Source: a virus
Lineage: Duplodnaviria > Caudoviricetes
DNA: 25,856 bases
IMG/VR virus record: IMGVR_UViG_3300020379_000113
Location: 1 to 25,856 of that record
Direction: 5' to 3' (one strand)
This document shows, in pieces, positions 7,052 through 16,251 of the stretch; within the stretch, counting starts at the first letter, position 1, and the number at the start of each line of letters is the position of its first letter. The notes below the pieces were generated by a model. The model was given only the letters and a program-made list of their open reading frames with translations. It did no database searches and was not told where the DNA came from. Position numbers and translations under genes: made by a program.

Positions 7052-7734
7052 GGTTCGTCAAATAGTATCTCATCGATGTACTGTTTTGCCCAACGTACAC
7101 CAAAATATTTTTCTAGAATTTTTCTAGTTTTGTCATTTTTCTTCTGATTTTCACAGTATTGTATCTGTCCATCGTATCTGTAATCTGCTCTGTAATTATC
7201 TCTGGTAGATTTCCACACAGCTCCAACAAATACTTCTAGATACTGGTCAACAACATGACAAAAATCACGTTTTTCCTCATCTGAATTTAATCTAGCAAAC
7301 TTATAGTACGGTGAAAATATACTACCCCATGAGGGAACATCTCTACTGTGTTTAAAACTATAGAATCTACTAATATCAGCAAGATCTTCATATACTGGAT
7401 GACTTATACTGTCTACAGGAGATATATCTGTGATAGCAGCACTAACATTATTATTGTTAGCAACAATATCTGCACCAAATATAGGTAAATCAAACTCAGG
7501 GTCTGGATACCAAACACAATGTAAGATATCGAGTGGTCCTAGAGTAGCAATTTCTAGATGAACTTTACGTAGTCCAATACAACTATACATCTCATTATGG
7601 ATGTTTAAATCTCCATCCTCAGTTTCTTTATAAACCTTAGCAAAGTCATCATTAACATCTAATGTTTCAACACTTGGTAGTGTTTTTTGATGCTTACGAA
7701 TAATCTTAGCAAGATCGTCAATTATTAATCCCAT
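7048..7734 (-). CDS. pcyA: Phycocyanobilin:ferredoxin oxidoreductase (ferredoxin-dependent bilin reductase)
   Basis: LRKVHLE...ILHCVWYP...LPIFGADIV retains the PcyA His/Glu/His/Asp catalytic pattern; C-terminal QKKNDKTRKILEKYFG. Confidence 0.88.
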   Translation of the reverse strand: MGLIIDDLAKIIRKHQKTLPSVETLDVNDDFAKVYKETEDGDLNIHNEMYSCIGLRKVHLEIATLGPLDILHCVWYPDPEFDLPIFGADIVANNNNVSAAITDISPVDSISHPVYEDLADISRFYSFKHSRDVPSWGSIFSPYYKFARLNSDEEKRDFCHVVDQYLEVFVGAVWKSTRDNYRADYRYDGQIQYCENQKKNDKTRKILEKYFGVRWAKQYIDEILFDEP

Positions 7735-7922
7735 GGATCACGTATTTGTATTTGTATTTTATTGCCTGCATTCTCCACGCCTGAGCGAGGCTTGACGGAC
7801 CCTTCGAGAGGAGATCTCTCTCCTCCTGACTGGGTAGATTTGTCCGTAGGAGGTCTTCCCTCCAACCAGGTAAAGAATATCTTGTCACAACTGGAAACCA
7901 GCGAACGTATCTTTTTCAACAT
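7725..7922 (-). CDS. Hypothetical protein (about 65 aa) bridging nrdB and pcyA
   Basis: Fills the gap and overlaps both neighbours. ATG at 7922 has GGGAG upstream. No recognisable motif. Confidence 0.4.
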   Translation of the reverse strand: MLKKIRSLVSSCDKIFFTWLEGRPPTDKSTQSGGERSPLEGSVKPRSGVENAGNKIQIQIRDPWD

Positions 7923-9069
7923 CTTGTTTAATGCTCCCAATTAAATATGATTCTACTTCTGTTTCCTGAGGAGCAACTTGCATACCTTTAGAAGATAACC
8001 AGTGCTCTGTCCATGGTAGAGGGTTATTTGTGATAGGAGTATCAAAAATTGCTTTAAGTCCAATAGATCTCAGACGACGATTAGCAGTCCATTCAACATA
8101 CTTAGCAAGAAGTTTATCGTTTAAACCAATGATAGAACCATCTTTGAACAAATATTCTGCCCACAATTTTTCTTCTTCTACACACTGTTTGAACATGTCA
8201 TAAACATATTCCTCTTCTTCTTTGGCAATCTCTACCATTTCAGGATCATCACCCTCTTGCCATTTTTTGATGATGTTTTGAGTGATAGTCATGTGCTGAC
8301 TCTCATCTCTAGCAATAAGACCAATAATCTTAGCAGATCCTTCTAGAAGTTTGAGTTCACCGAATGCAAAAGAACAAGCAAACGACACATAAAATCTGAT
8401 ACCCTCAAGGATATAGACATTAGCAACAGCTCTATACAGTTTTCTCTTCAAATCATTGAGAGTCCACTGTGAAGTAGGAGAATCTTTCCAATCTTCTTTC
8501 CACAAATTTCCTTGACCATACTCTTGAGCAGCATTAATGAATTCATCATATGCTGCAGTGACAGATTTTGCCCGTGAGAGGATCTTCTCGTCGTCTAGAA
8601 TGTGGTCAAAGACATCAGAAGGATCAGAGTATACATTCTTGATGATGTGCGTATAGGAGCGACTATGGATCATCTCCATGGTCTGCCAAATATTCATGGC
8701 ACCCTCAAGCTCGGGTAGGCTGCAATAAGGCATGAAAGCCATGCCAGGACCACGACCTTGTACGGAGTCAAGGAGGATCTGATACTTGAGGTTCGATGTG
8801 AAGATATGTTTTTGTGTTTCATTTAAAACTTGATAATCAGCACGATCTTTCTGTAGAGATACCTCTTCAGGACGCCAGAAGTAACCTAGTTGCTGCTGTG
8901 TAAGTTTATCAAACACAGGATACTTAAACTTATCATATCTTTGAACCCCAAGAGGGGGTCCAAAGAACATCTTTTGTTTTGTACTATCTAAGATACTCGT
9001 ATTGAATACCGTCATACCTTCTACTTGACTACGCATTTGCTTATTTGTTCTAAATTTTGCAACTGTCAC
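7885..9069 (-). CDS. nrdB: Class Ia ribonucleotide reductase beta subunit
   Basis: FWRPEEV, LLDSVQGRG, EMIHSRSYT, LEGIRFYVSF, IARDESQH, QVAPQETE..SY. Confidence 0.97.
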   Translation of the reverse strand: MTVAKFRTNKQMRSQVEGMTVFNTSILDSTKQKMFFGPPLGVQRYDKFKYPVFDKLTQQQLGYFWRPEEVSLQKDRADYQVLNETQKHIFTSNLKYQILLDSVQGRGPGMAFMPYCSLPELEGAMNIWQTMEMIHSRSYTHIIKNVYSDPSDVFDHILDDEKILSRAKSVTAAYDEFINAAQEYGQGNLWKEDWKDSPTSQWTLNDLKRKLYRAVANVYILEGIRFYVSFACSFAFGELKLLEGSAKIIGLIARDESQHMTITQNIIKKWQEGDDPEMVEIAKEEEEYVYDMFKQCVEEEKLWAEYLFKDGSIIGLNDKLLAKYVEWTANRRLRSIGLKAIFDTPITNNPLPWTEHWLSSKGMQVAPQETEVESYLIGSIKQDVEKDTFAGFQL

Positions 9070-11365
9070 AATCTTCCTCCTCGGTTTCTAAAATGTCGTT
9101 TAATAAATCTTCGATGCCTTGCTTTTTCTCTTCTGTTAGTTCTGGTTCTGCTCCTTTTTGATCGTAAGTGTTTTGATAATAAGAAGTTTTCCATCCATAC
9201 TTGTAAGTTTTCAGGAAATCACCTGCCATAACAGAAACTGGGACCTCATTGTCAGGATAGTTCTCTGGATTATAACTCCAGTTGCCTGAAATTGCTTGAT
9301 CAAAGAACTTTTGCATCGCTGATACAACTTTGATGTATCCATCATTATCTTTCATGTCCCAAAGAAGTGTATAATTATTCTTCAGGGAACCGAATTGTGG
9401 AACAATCTGCTTAAGGGGTCCTTTCTTTGATTTTTTAACGGACATGTACGCTCTAGGAGGTTCAATTCCATTAGTTGCGTTTGACACAACGGAACTGCTT
9501 TCTGATGGCATTTGTGCCGACAGTGTTGAGTGCCGTAAACCGTGAGTGGTGATAGATGTCCTAAGAGTTTCCCAATCATGATTCAGTTCACTACCACAGA
9601 ATTCATCGATGTCACGTTTGTAAGTGTCGATTGGGAGGATACCTTTTGAATACTTCGTTCTATCGAAATAACCACACTTGCCTTTTTCTTTGGCAAGGGT
9701 GTTACTTGATTTGAGTAGATAGAACTGGAAAGATTCAGACAAGTCGTGGACTGATTTCCATGCTGCTGGATCGTTGTATTTGTATCCATTTTTTGCTAAG
9801 TAATGTGCGAGTCCGATGTAACCAATACCAAGAGAACGACGGTTGATAGTGCTACGTTTTGCAGCTTCTACAGGGTAGTTCTGATAATCAATAAGTTCTT
9901 CCAAACCACGGACTGCTAGGTCACATAGGTTTTCTAATTCATCTAACTTACTAATTTTACCAACGTTGATAGCAGACAAAATGCATAATGCAATCTCACC
10001 AGGACCATCAATGTGATTAAGTGGTACGGTAGGTAGGGTAATCTCTTGGCAGAGGTTACTCATATTTACCTTATCCAGAAAAGATGAATGCTCATTGCAA
10101 TGGTCAATGTTCATGATGTAGAGACGACCTGTCTCTGCTCTCTCCTTTAGAAGGTTTAGGATCAGTTCCTGTGCTCCAACAGTTTTTCTTGGAACATCTT
10201 GAGCTCGTTCGTAATGAACATATAAGTCGTCAAACTTATCAGTCCCAAAAGCATCATAGAGACCTGGCGTGTCATGCGGTGAGAAGAGGCTAATCTCTCC
10301 ATTTTGAATGAAACGTGTGTAAAAAAGTTTTGAAATTTGGATTGAGTAGTCAAGTTTTCTGACACGATTATCCTCCGTTCCTTTATTATTTTTTAGAACA
10401 ATAATGTCTTCTATTTCTTGGTGCCAGATTGGGAAGTGGACTGTGGCTGAACCTCCACGAATCCCATTTTGAGTGCAACATCGTACAGTTGATTCAAATT
10501 TTTTAAGGAAAGGAACAACACCCGTGTGTTGTACTTCTCCACCTCTGATTTTAGCGTTGATCCCACGGATTCTACCCGCGTTAATACCGATACCAGCCCT
10601 TTGTGCGACATAACGACCGATGGCCATATCAGAACTAAAAATACTATCCAAGGTGTCGTCAGCATCAACCAAAACACAAGACGCAAACTGCCGAAGAGGA
10701 GTTCTGACCCCTGCCATGATAGGTGTGGGGATGTTGATTTTGTGTTTGCTGATTGCGTTGTAGTATCTTTGGACATATTCTAGACGATTGTCTGTATAGT
10801 TCTGGAATAGTGTCACAGCAATCATCATGTACATGAACTGAGGTGATTCATATACTACACCATTGCTACGATCTTGAACCAGATACTTATCAACTACCTG
10901 ACGAAGACCTGCATAGGTAAATAGCATGTCACGCTCATGATCAATCCATGAGTTGATTTTATCCCACTCTTCCTTGGTGTATTTACCAAGAATGTCCTTG
11001 TCATATACTCCTTTGTCAGTACAGTGACATGCATGTTCATAAACACCAGGAAGACCTTGGACCCATTCAGACCCGAAAACCTGCTTGTAGACAGCATATA
11101 GGAGAAGACGAGCAGCAACGAACTGATAGTTAGGAGAATCTAAATTAATTAGATCACTTGCTGAACGAATCAGAATTTCTTGAATATCTTTGGTTTCAAT
11201 TCCATCAAAGAATTGAAGACCAGAGTTCATCTCTACCTGAGAGGCGCTTACACCGCTCCCCAAACCTTCGCAAGCTTCTTCTACTACCTTATGAATCTTA
11301 TCTAGGTTAAGGGCGGTCTCAGACCCGTCGCGCTTGCGAACTTTAATTCCAACTCCGTTTGTCAT
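9050..11365 (-). CDS. nrdA: Class Ia ribonucleotide reductase alpha subunit (start revised to 11365, ATGA overlap)
   Basis: ATP cone VRKRDG, PTPIMAG, QFASCVL, SNLCQEI, KTSYY, C-terminal CDSC. Confidence 0.98.
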   Translation of the reverse strand: MTNGVGIKVRKRDGSETALNLDKIHKVVEEACEGLGSGVSASQVEMNSGLQFFDGIETKDIQEILIRSASDLINLDSPNYQFVAARLLLYAVYKQVFGSEWVQGLPGVYEHACHCTDKGVYDKDILGKYTKEEWDKINSWIDHERDMLFTYAGLRQVVDKYLVQDRSNGVVYESPQFMYMMIAVTLFQNYTDNRLEYVQRYYNAISKHKINIPTPIMAGVRTPLRQFASCVLVDADDTLDSIFSSDMAIGRYVAQRAGIGINAGRIRGINAKIRGGEVQHTGVVPFLKKFESTVRCCTQNGIRGGSATVHFPIWHQEIEDIIVLKNNKGTEDNRVRKLDYSIQISKLFYTRFIQNGEISLFSPHDTPGLYDAFGTDKFDDLYVHYERAQDVPRKTVGAQELILNLLKERAETGRLYIMNIDHCNEHSSFLDKVNMSNLCQEITLPTVPLNHIDGPGEIALCILSAINVGKISKLDELENLCDLAVRGLEELIDYQNYPVEAAKRSTINRRSLGIGYIGLAHYLAKNGYKYNDPAAWKSVHDLSESFQFYLLKSSNTLAKEKGKCGYFDRTKYSKGILPIDTYKRDIDEFCGSELNHDWETLRTSITTHGLRHSTLSAQMPSESSSVVSNATNGIEPPRAYMSVKKSKKGPLKQIVPQFGSLKNNYTLLWDMKDNDGYIKVVSAMQKFFDQAISGNWSYNPENYPDNEVPVSVMAGDFLKTYKYGWKTSYYQNTYDQKGAEPELTEEKKQGIEDLLNDILETEEEDCDSCKI

Positions 11366-12351
11366 ACTTTTTTCCAATCGTTAAATTTGAGGGTTGCGGT
11401 TAATCCCTGGTAGGTATTTGACTCTACCAGATTTTGAACATCATGTCCAGCAAGGTGCATGTCATTGATGTCCTTTTGTTGTATATTTTTTGGCCAGATT
11501 ACTACCTTATCTCCTTTGTCGATTGACTTGGAGATTCTGGCGACGATTTCTCTATTGCGTGGTTCGTTATCATAAATCCAAATATGATCGCTCCAACCAA
11601 ACGTCCGAATATCAGCATCGGACCCAGCCATAGCAACCGAGTTCTTAATGAAGGTTGAGTCAAAAGGTCCCTCGACAATATAGATTGTTTCGTCTGTGTT
11701 AATTCTATCCTGTCCAAAGATTTTTGGTTTGTCTTCGTCAAGCATGATCGTGATGTATCTTAGTTTTGCCTTAGGGGCTAGCGATCTGCCTTGGTATCCA
11801 AACAGGTTACCTTCTTTGTCTTTGAATGGGATGATAATACGAGGTGAATCTTGTCTTAGGGTATCGAAAGTTTTCTTCTGTTTATTTGTCCACTCTTTAA
11901 ATTTTGGACAATAATAAAAATAATCTAGATCTTTGATACCCCGTTGTTCAAGATACACCCTCGCAGGGTGAGTATTATTTAGCGAAGATATCTTCTCTAA
12001 ATCGGTATCTCTTTTAACAAATTTTGGTTTCGTGAAATTAAATTTAGGATTGGGTACAGTAGTTCCTTTACCAGTCCTGCCATCTTTAAATTTCTCCATG
12101 ACATATTGGTCATGAAGATGAGTATCTTGGTCTTTCAAGAAGTTAGAAAAAGTTCTACCCTTGCCACAATTATGGCACTTGTACACATAATCGTTTTTGA
12201 TCTTGAACAAATAACCCCTTGCTTTGTTGCGTCTCTTTTGTGAGTCGCCACAATAAGGACACCTGAAATTATACAGGTCTGCCTTCTTGCGACTAAAAAG
12301 CGTCAAGCGAGGGGATATTAAGTTTATGTACTTTACTTCAAGAAAGCTCAA
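11362..12351 (-). CDS. gp61: DNA primase (T4 gp61-like)
   Basis: Zn finger FRCPYCGDS...YKCHNC, TOPRIM VEGPFDS, YDNEPRN, KDIND. Confidence 0.96.
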   Translation of the reverse strand: MSFLEVKYINLISPRLTLFSRKKADLYNFRCPYCGDSQKRRNKARGYLFKIKNDYVYKCHNCGKGRTFSNFLKDQDTHLHDQYVMEKFKDGRTGKGTTVPNPKFNFTKPKFVKRDTDLEKISSLNNTHPARVYLEQRGIKDLDYFYYCPKFKEWTNKQKKTFDTLRQDSPRIIIPFKDKEGNLFGYQGRSLAPKAKLRYITIMLDEDKPKIFGQDRINTDETIYIVEGPFDSTFIKNSVAMAGSDADIRTFGWSDHIWIYDNEPRNREIVARISKSIDKGDKVVIWPKNIQQKDINDMHLAGHDVQNLVESNTYQGLTATLKFNDWKKV

Positions 12352-12736
12352 TCGAAGGCATGACCACTGTTGACATACTAACAGGGGATTGCTGCGGTGT
12401 CAAGTTTCTCAGAATTGACTGTCCTGGTGTTGACACTAGGAAACATAAAACAGACAATGCTCCTGCTATGGTCCACATTTTCTTTTCCATGAGGCGAAGA
12501 CGCTCATCAACTAACCTGATGTCTCGCTCACACCCTCTCTTAATAACATCTGTTTCTCTATTAAGATCTGTTGATAATCTATCTAATTTTTCAAATAGAA
12601 CTGCATCAACTTTGTCCTGATTGTCAAGTTTTTCATTATGTACAGCGAGAAGTTGACCCATCTTTGTTGAATTTTCTTGAAGCGTGTCAACAACTCTCTC
12701 TAACCTTTCTAGGATAGCTGTATTAATGTCAGACAT
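12338..12736 (-). CDS. Hypothetical coiled-coil protein with a C-terminal transmembrane segment
   Basis: Heptad-rich N-terminal part followed by KKMWTIAGALSVLCFLVS. Confidence 0.8.
   Translation of the reverse strand: MSDINTAILERLERVVDTLQENSTKMGQLLAVHNEKLDNQDKVDAVLFEKLDRLSTDLNRETDVIKRGCERDIRLVDERLRLMEKKMWTIAGALSVLCFLVSTPGQSILRNLTPQQSPVSMSTVVMPSIELS
12375..12403 (-). promoter_or_regulatory. Sigma70-like early promoter for the primase-nrdAB block
   Basis: TTGACA-N17-TAGTAT, about 24 nt upstream of the primase start. Confidence 0.75.
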
Positions 12737-12741
12737 TTTAC

Positions 12742-13452
12742 TTAGACATTCCTTACGGCGAAGTCCAATGCAGATTGATACGTCGAAGCGTCTTTATTCA
12801 ACATGTATTGGAATTGCTGCTTATGAGTATCATCCAACTGCGCGTAGCAAGCAGCAATACGCTTAGCAGAGTAGTTATCTAGGTTCTGTGTAGATCCATC
12901 ACCAAACTGAACCTTGGCAAATGTTCCTTCACCTTGTGGATTGAGTTCAGATGTTGCAACATCTAGTGCAACTTGAATCACATCTTGATTCTCAGTCATA
13001 ATATTAGTAGTCACTTCGGTTTGTTCCTTTTTAAGTTTTTTTGTTTGGTCGGATGCTTTCTTTTTAAAGTCAGAGAGACGTGCCTTCATTAGGGTGTCCA
13101 TCTCCTTTGTCTTATTTTGCATCTTTGCCTTTGCTTCTCCACGTTTTTTCTGGAGATCTTTTTGACGACCCAGTTTTTTCTGCTGAGAGATCTGTTTCTG
13201 AGCTCTCTCGGTTTCAGAAGAGACAGCTTCTTCAATATTATTTTCTAGTTGTTCTTTCATTTTTCTGCGTTGGATACGGGAGAAGAGATCTTTGGCACCT
13301 TTAGAGCGACCATCTAGTTTTTCGTTGTTTTTCTTATACTTACGATGCTGTCTAGGATTTACCATAACGAAAGCAGGTGGTAACTGGACACCAGATCCAT
13401 CTCCCGCTGAGTTAATCATTTCATTTAGATTAGGTTCAGTTCCTTTAGACAT
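12742..13452 (-). CDS. Hypothetical protein (236 aa), possible internal head protein
   Basis: K/Q-rich helical middle, several hydrophobic-x-E sites, located in the late block. Confidence 0.8.
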   Translation of the reverse strand: MSKGTEPNLNEMINSAGDGSGVQLPPAFVMVNPRQHRKYKKNNEKLDGRSKGAKDLFSRIQRRKMKEQLENNIEEAVSSETERAQKQISQQKKLGRQKDLQKKRGEAKAKMQNKTKEMDTLMKARLSDFKKKASDQTKKLKKEQTEVTTNIMTENQDVIQVALDVATSELNPQGEGTFAKVQFGDGSTQNLDNYSAKRIAACYAQLDDTHKQQFQYMLNKDASTYQSALDFAVRNV

Positions 13453-13781
13453 TCCTTGTCAACATCCTCGTTAAGTGTAGGTGGTAATCTATTTAGAAAC
13501 AACATGAACGCCTTAATTACAGACCAATATGTTGCTTCAATCTTGTAAAATAGCAGCGGGGTTGCTGCATCATCAAAAACATTATATAAAATAATTATAT
13601 GATTTAATATCAAGTGGGTTTTAAGTTCACCCGTCGTCTCGTTACGCTTCAATAATCTTTTAATGTACTTAAATCTCTTTAAGTCCTCTTCAAAATCAGA
13701 ATAAGTAACCGACGACGGGTTATTATAATGTTTAATAGCAAAGAACAACCAGGTATCTGGTGTCAATTCAGCAATGTTCAT
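13425..13781 (-). CDS. Hypothetical protein of T4-like phages (118 aa)
   Basis: FEEDLKRFKYIKRL...LILNHIIILYNVF resembles a recurrent T4-like phage hypothetical (recall). Confidence 0.85.
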   Translation of the reverse strand: MNIAELTPDTWLFFAIKHYNNPSSVTYSDFEEDLKRFKYIKRLLKRNETTGELKTHLILNHIIILYNVFDDAATPLLFYKIEATYWSVIKAFMLFLNRLPPTLNEDVDKECLKELNLI

Positions 13782-13785
13782 TTAA

Positions 13786-14364
13786 TCATGACGTGGTTAC
13801 AACTGCAGTAGCAGAGATTTTCTCGGTAGCACCGTTGGTGGAGTTAATCTTGACACGATAGGAACCAGCATCAGTTGCTGCATAAGAAGCAACATCAAAT
13901 GTGGTTGCCGTCTTACCAGCAACATCTGCCCAACGCTTACCACTCTTCTTCTGCCACTGGTAGGTGAGAACAGAAGCATCACCAGGGGGAGTAGCAGTAG
14001 CAGCAAGTACAAGTTGTAGTGCAGCGCCAACAGCAACAGCAGTATCTGCTGGTTGTGTCTGGATCGCGATTACTACTGATACATCTGCTGCCTGTGCATC
14101 GTCTGCTTGAGTTTCATTACCGTTGGTATCACCACCAGCAACGAAAATTAGTTGCTCTGCTTTATGACGAGTAGCACCCGAACTATCAGTATAGCTGAAG
14201 TAGGACCACCAACCAGGAGCGTTTAGACCACGTTCCTTGTTTGATTCTAGTGCTGCCTCAGTTTCATCAATATAGATGGTTGTTTTTGCTTGACTTGACG
14301 CCGCAATGCCCACACCAGCTTTGGTTTTGTTTGCATTGCTGTCAGTTCTTCCGTAAAGGGACAT
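13786..14364 (-). CDS. Ig-domain virion surface protein (Hoc-like)
   Basis: C-terminal I-set Ig pattern IQTQPAD.AV..G...LTYQWQK...DAGSYRVKI. Own late promoter. Confidence 0.8.
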   Translation of the reverse strand: MSLYGRTDSNANKTKAGVGIAASSQAKTTIYIDETEAALESNKERGLNAPGWWSYFSYTDSSGATRHKAEQLIFVAGGDTNGNETQADDAQAADVSVVIAIQTQPADTAVAVGAALQLVLAATATPPGDASVLTYQWQKKSGKRWADVAGKTATTFDVASYAATDAGSYRVKINSTNGATEKISATAVVTTS

Positions 14365-14400
14365 TGACGTGTGCTCCGAATATTACTATTATCTAATGTT

Positions 14401-14408
14401 TATTTATA
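14401..14408 (-). promoter_or_regulatory. T4 late promoter (TATAAATA)
   Basis: Exact consensus directly after a terminator and upstream of the Ig protein gene. Confidence 0.85.
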
Positions 14409-14430
14409 AAAAAGGGGGATTACTCCCCCT
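14408..14430 (-). terminator. Rho-independent terminator
   Basis: AGGGGGA-GTAA-TCCCCCT with a GNRA loop, followed by a T run. Confidence 0.85.
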
Positions 14431-14436
14431 AGAATA

Positions 14437-14637
14437 TCACTCTTCTCTTGCTTTGATAGCAGCAGCGACGGTTTCAAGTAATTTGTCATCCATATCGGTC
14501 TTAGTCAGTTTAACTGCCTTGCCAAGAATAACTAAACAGATGTCAATCAGTTTCTCTCCAAGTTCCTCATTGTCAGGAATCTTGTCAACTGCATCGGAAA
14601 TTACTTTTGTTGCTAGTGGTAATAGAAAGGATAGCAT
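14437..14637 (-). CDS. Hypothetical small helical protein (66 aa)
   Basis: Lies between a late promoter and a terminator. Confidence 0.8.
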   Translation of the reverse strand: MLSFLLPLATKVISDAVDKIPDNEELGEKLIDICLVILGKAVKLTKTDMDDKLLETVAAAIKAREE

Positions 14638-14661
14638 AATCTTAAATCATATTGCATATCC

Positions 14662-14669
14662 TATTTATT
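14662..14669 (-). promoter_or_regulatory. Late promoter (AATAAATA)
   Basis: Overlaps the TAA of 14665..15027. Confidence 0.65.
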
Positions 14670-15027
14670 TCTCCCACTCGTCTAAGATATCAGTAATCTT
14701 TGACATAAATTGTTTAAAAGTTAATAACGTACCAGAACGGTAGTCACGACGTGCTTTTGTAACGCCACTCTCAAATGATTCTTTTACTTTTCTTTCTTCA
14801 ATAGGATCAAATCCCCTGCCTTTTACAACAGAAGACCACGGTGCATACAAAGGACCTTCATAGTTCTTTGCTTCATTAGTTGCACGAGTGGTCATCCCTT
14901 TCTTACCATCAGGAATATTAGGCATCACTTCTACATTACCAGATTTTTTATTCTTTAGTTTAGATTTTACCTTACTTTCCTTTTTTTCGCAACCACACTC
15001 CTCTCGAAATTGCCTGAAGGGTTTCAT
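14665..15027 (-). CDS. Hypothetical protein with a capsid-targeting-like N-terminus (120 aa)
   Basis: Starts MKPFRQFREE, similar to the T4 internal-protein leader MKTYQEFIAE. ATGA overlap with the upstream gene. Confidence 0.8.
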   Translation of the reverse strand: MKPFRQFREECGCEKKESKVKSKLKNKKSGNVEVMPNIPDGKKGMTTRATNEAKNYEGPLYAPWSSVVKGRGFDPIEERKVKESFESGVTKARRDYRSGTLLTFKQFMSKITDILDEWEK

Positions 15028-16019
15028 TTCTTTTTCTTTCCCATTGCAATAATCTTACTAACCTTCTTACGACGTGCATGTAGGAACTTGTCAGATTTAT
15101 CTACATCACCATCGTTGTCAATATCAGCATCTGCCTTACCAACTGGGTCAAGTTTCTTTTCTCCAAGAACTTCTCTGTTCTTGTCATCATTTACAACGTG
15201 CTCATGCATTTCACTGATCATGATTTCTAGTTCAGTTACAGGAACGTTTCTTAAAACTTCTCCTTTCTCACTGACTAGATCGTAATGAGTTACAGTGCCA
15301 TCTTCTAGCATAGTGTGTTGCTCAGGAAGACAGAAGTATTCTCTACCTTCTTTCTTGACTTTCTTAGCACAGTTGTGCTTCTTAACCATCTTACCTGTCT
15401 TAGGATCCTTCTCAAAGTATTCGTCTAGTTCTACTGATTCTTTAGCTGTCTTTGCAGAATCTTTAAATGCTTTCTCTGTAGGAGCACCCTTGTCTCCCTT
15501 GTCACGCATCTTACCACCACGCTTTCTCTTAGCATGAATGTTAGCGTAGAGACCATTTTTCTCTTCTAGTTCCTCACCATCGTGAATTACTTCATCACCT
15601 GCTTTCACACAGTTGTTAACTTCCTTACCACCTTTCTTCTTAGTTCCTTGCTTCTTATATCCTTTCCAGCAAGAGGTGTTGCCGTTGTCATCAACGCCAT
15701 CCATCTTCACTTTTTCTAGGACATAAACTTCTCCATCAATTTCATACTCTTCACGTTCAAGGACTTCCTCACTCTTAGCAGATTCTTGTCCTACGTATGC
15801 ACCTTTTTTAGCACTCTTCTTTTTCTTGGTAACATCTTCAATCTCAGCACCATTTGATTGTGGGTCCATGCCATCAAAAGGAGCTTCGGATAGATGCAAG
15901 TCAGGCATCTCAGTATTCTGGAAGCAATCGCCACCCATCCATTTTCCGAACTGTTCCATCAAACCAGACGAGAACTCATCTTGGTGCTTTACTGTATTAA
16001 TAGGATCTGGTTTCTTCAT
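15024..16019 (-). CDS. Hypothetical modular K/E-rich protein (331 aa), putative internal head polyprotein
   Basis: Short basic modules separated by L/V-x-E sites; late promoter upstream. Confidence 0.85.
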   Translation of the reverse strand: MKKPDPINTVKHQDEFSSGLMEQFGKWMGGDCFQNTEMPDLHLSEAPFDGMDPQSNGAEIEDVTKKKKSAKKGAYVGQESAKSEEVLEREEYEIDGEVYVLEKVKMDGVDDNGNTSCWKGYKKQGTKKKGGKEVNNCVKAGDEVIHDGEELEEKNGLYANIHAKRKRGGKMRDKGDKGAPTEKAFKDSAKTAKESVELDEYFEKDPKTGKMVKKHNCAKKVKKEGREYFCLPEQHTMLEDGTVTHYDLVSEKGEVLRNVPVTELEIMISEMHEHVVNDDKNREVLGEKKLDPVGKADADIDNDGDVDKSDKFLHARRKKVSKIIAMGKKKK

Positions 16020-16251
16020 CGTTCAATAAGGAGGTTCTTCTCGTATTATTTATAGATCTAATGTTCTTTATCCATTCACGCAACATATTTCCATCATCAG
16101 TAATTACGATAGCATAGTTACCGCCTACTCTATGGATGTGTCCTTTGTCTCCTGTTCGGGCAGACATAACAGCATCACCTTCTTTGAATACAAAGGTATG
16201 TCTTTGTTGTTGTCGTAGTGCTTCTTCTCTTAACTTTTTAAAGTCCTTCAT
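15997..16251 (-). CDS. Hypothetical protein (84 aa) with a capsid-targeting-like start and a small beta-barrel pattern
   Basis: MKDFKKLREE...FKEGDAV...GHIHRVGGNYAIV; TAATG coupling with the upstream gene. Confidence 0.8.
   Translation of the reverse strand: MKDFKKLREEALRQQQRHTFVFKEGDAVMSARTGDKGHIHRVGGNYAIVITDDGNMLREWIKNIRSINNTRRTSLLNDEETRSY
16047..16054 (-). promoter_or_regulatory. T4 late promoter (TATAAATA)
   Basis: Exact consensus 28 nt upstream of the ATG at 16019. Confidence 0.8.

Noticed and set aside
7806-7824. AG/CT-rich inverted repeat between nrdB and pcyA
   Set aside because: Short, low complexity and without a T tract, so it is not called as a terminator.
9382-11118. Alternative-frame minus-strand ORFs in nrdA (up to 121 aa), with similar ones in gp41 and gp43
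   Set aside because: No promoter or convincing SD noticed, and no motif. They set the background for chance overlaps.
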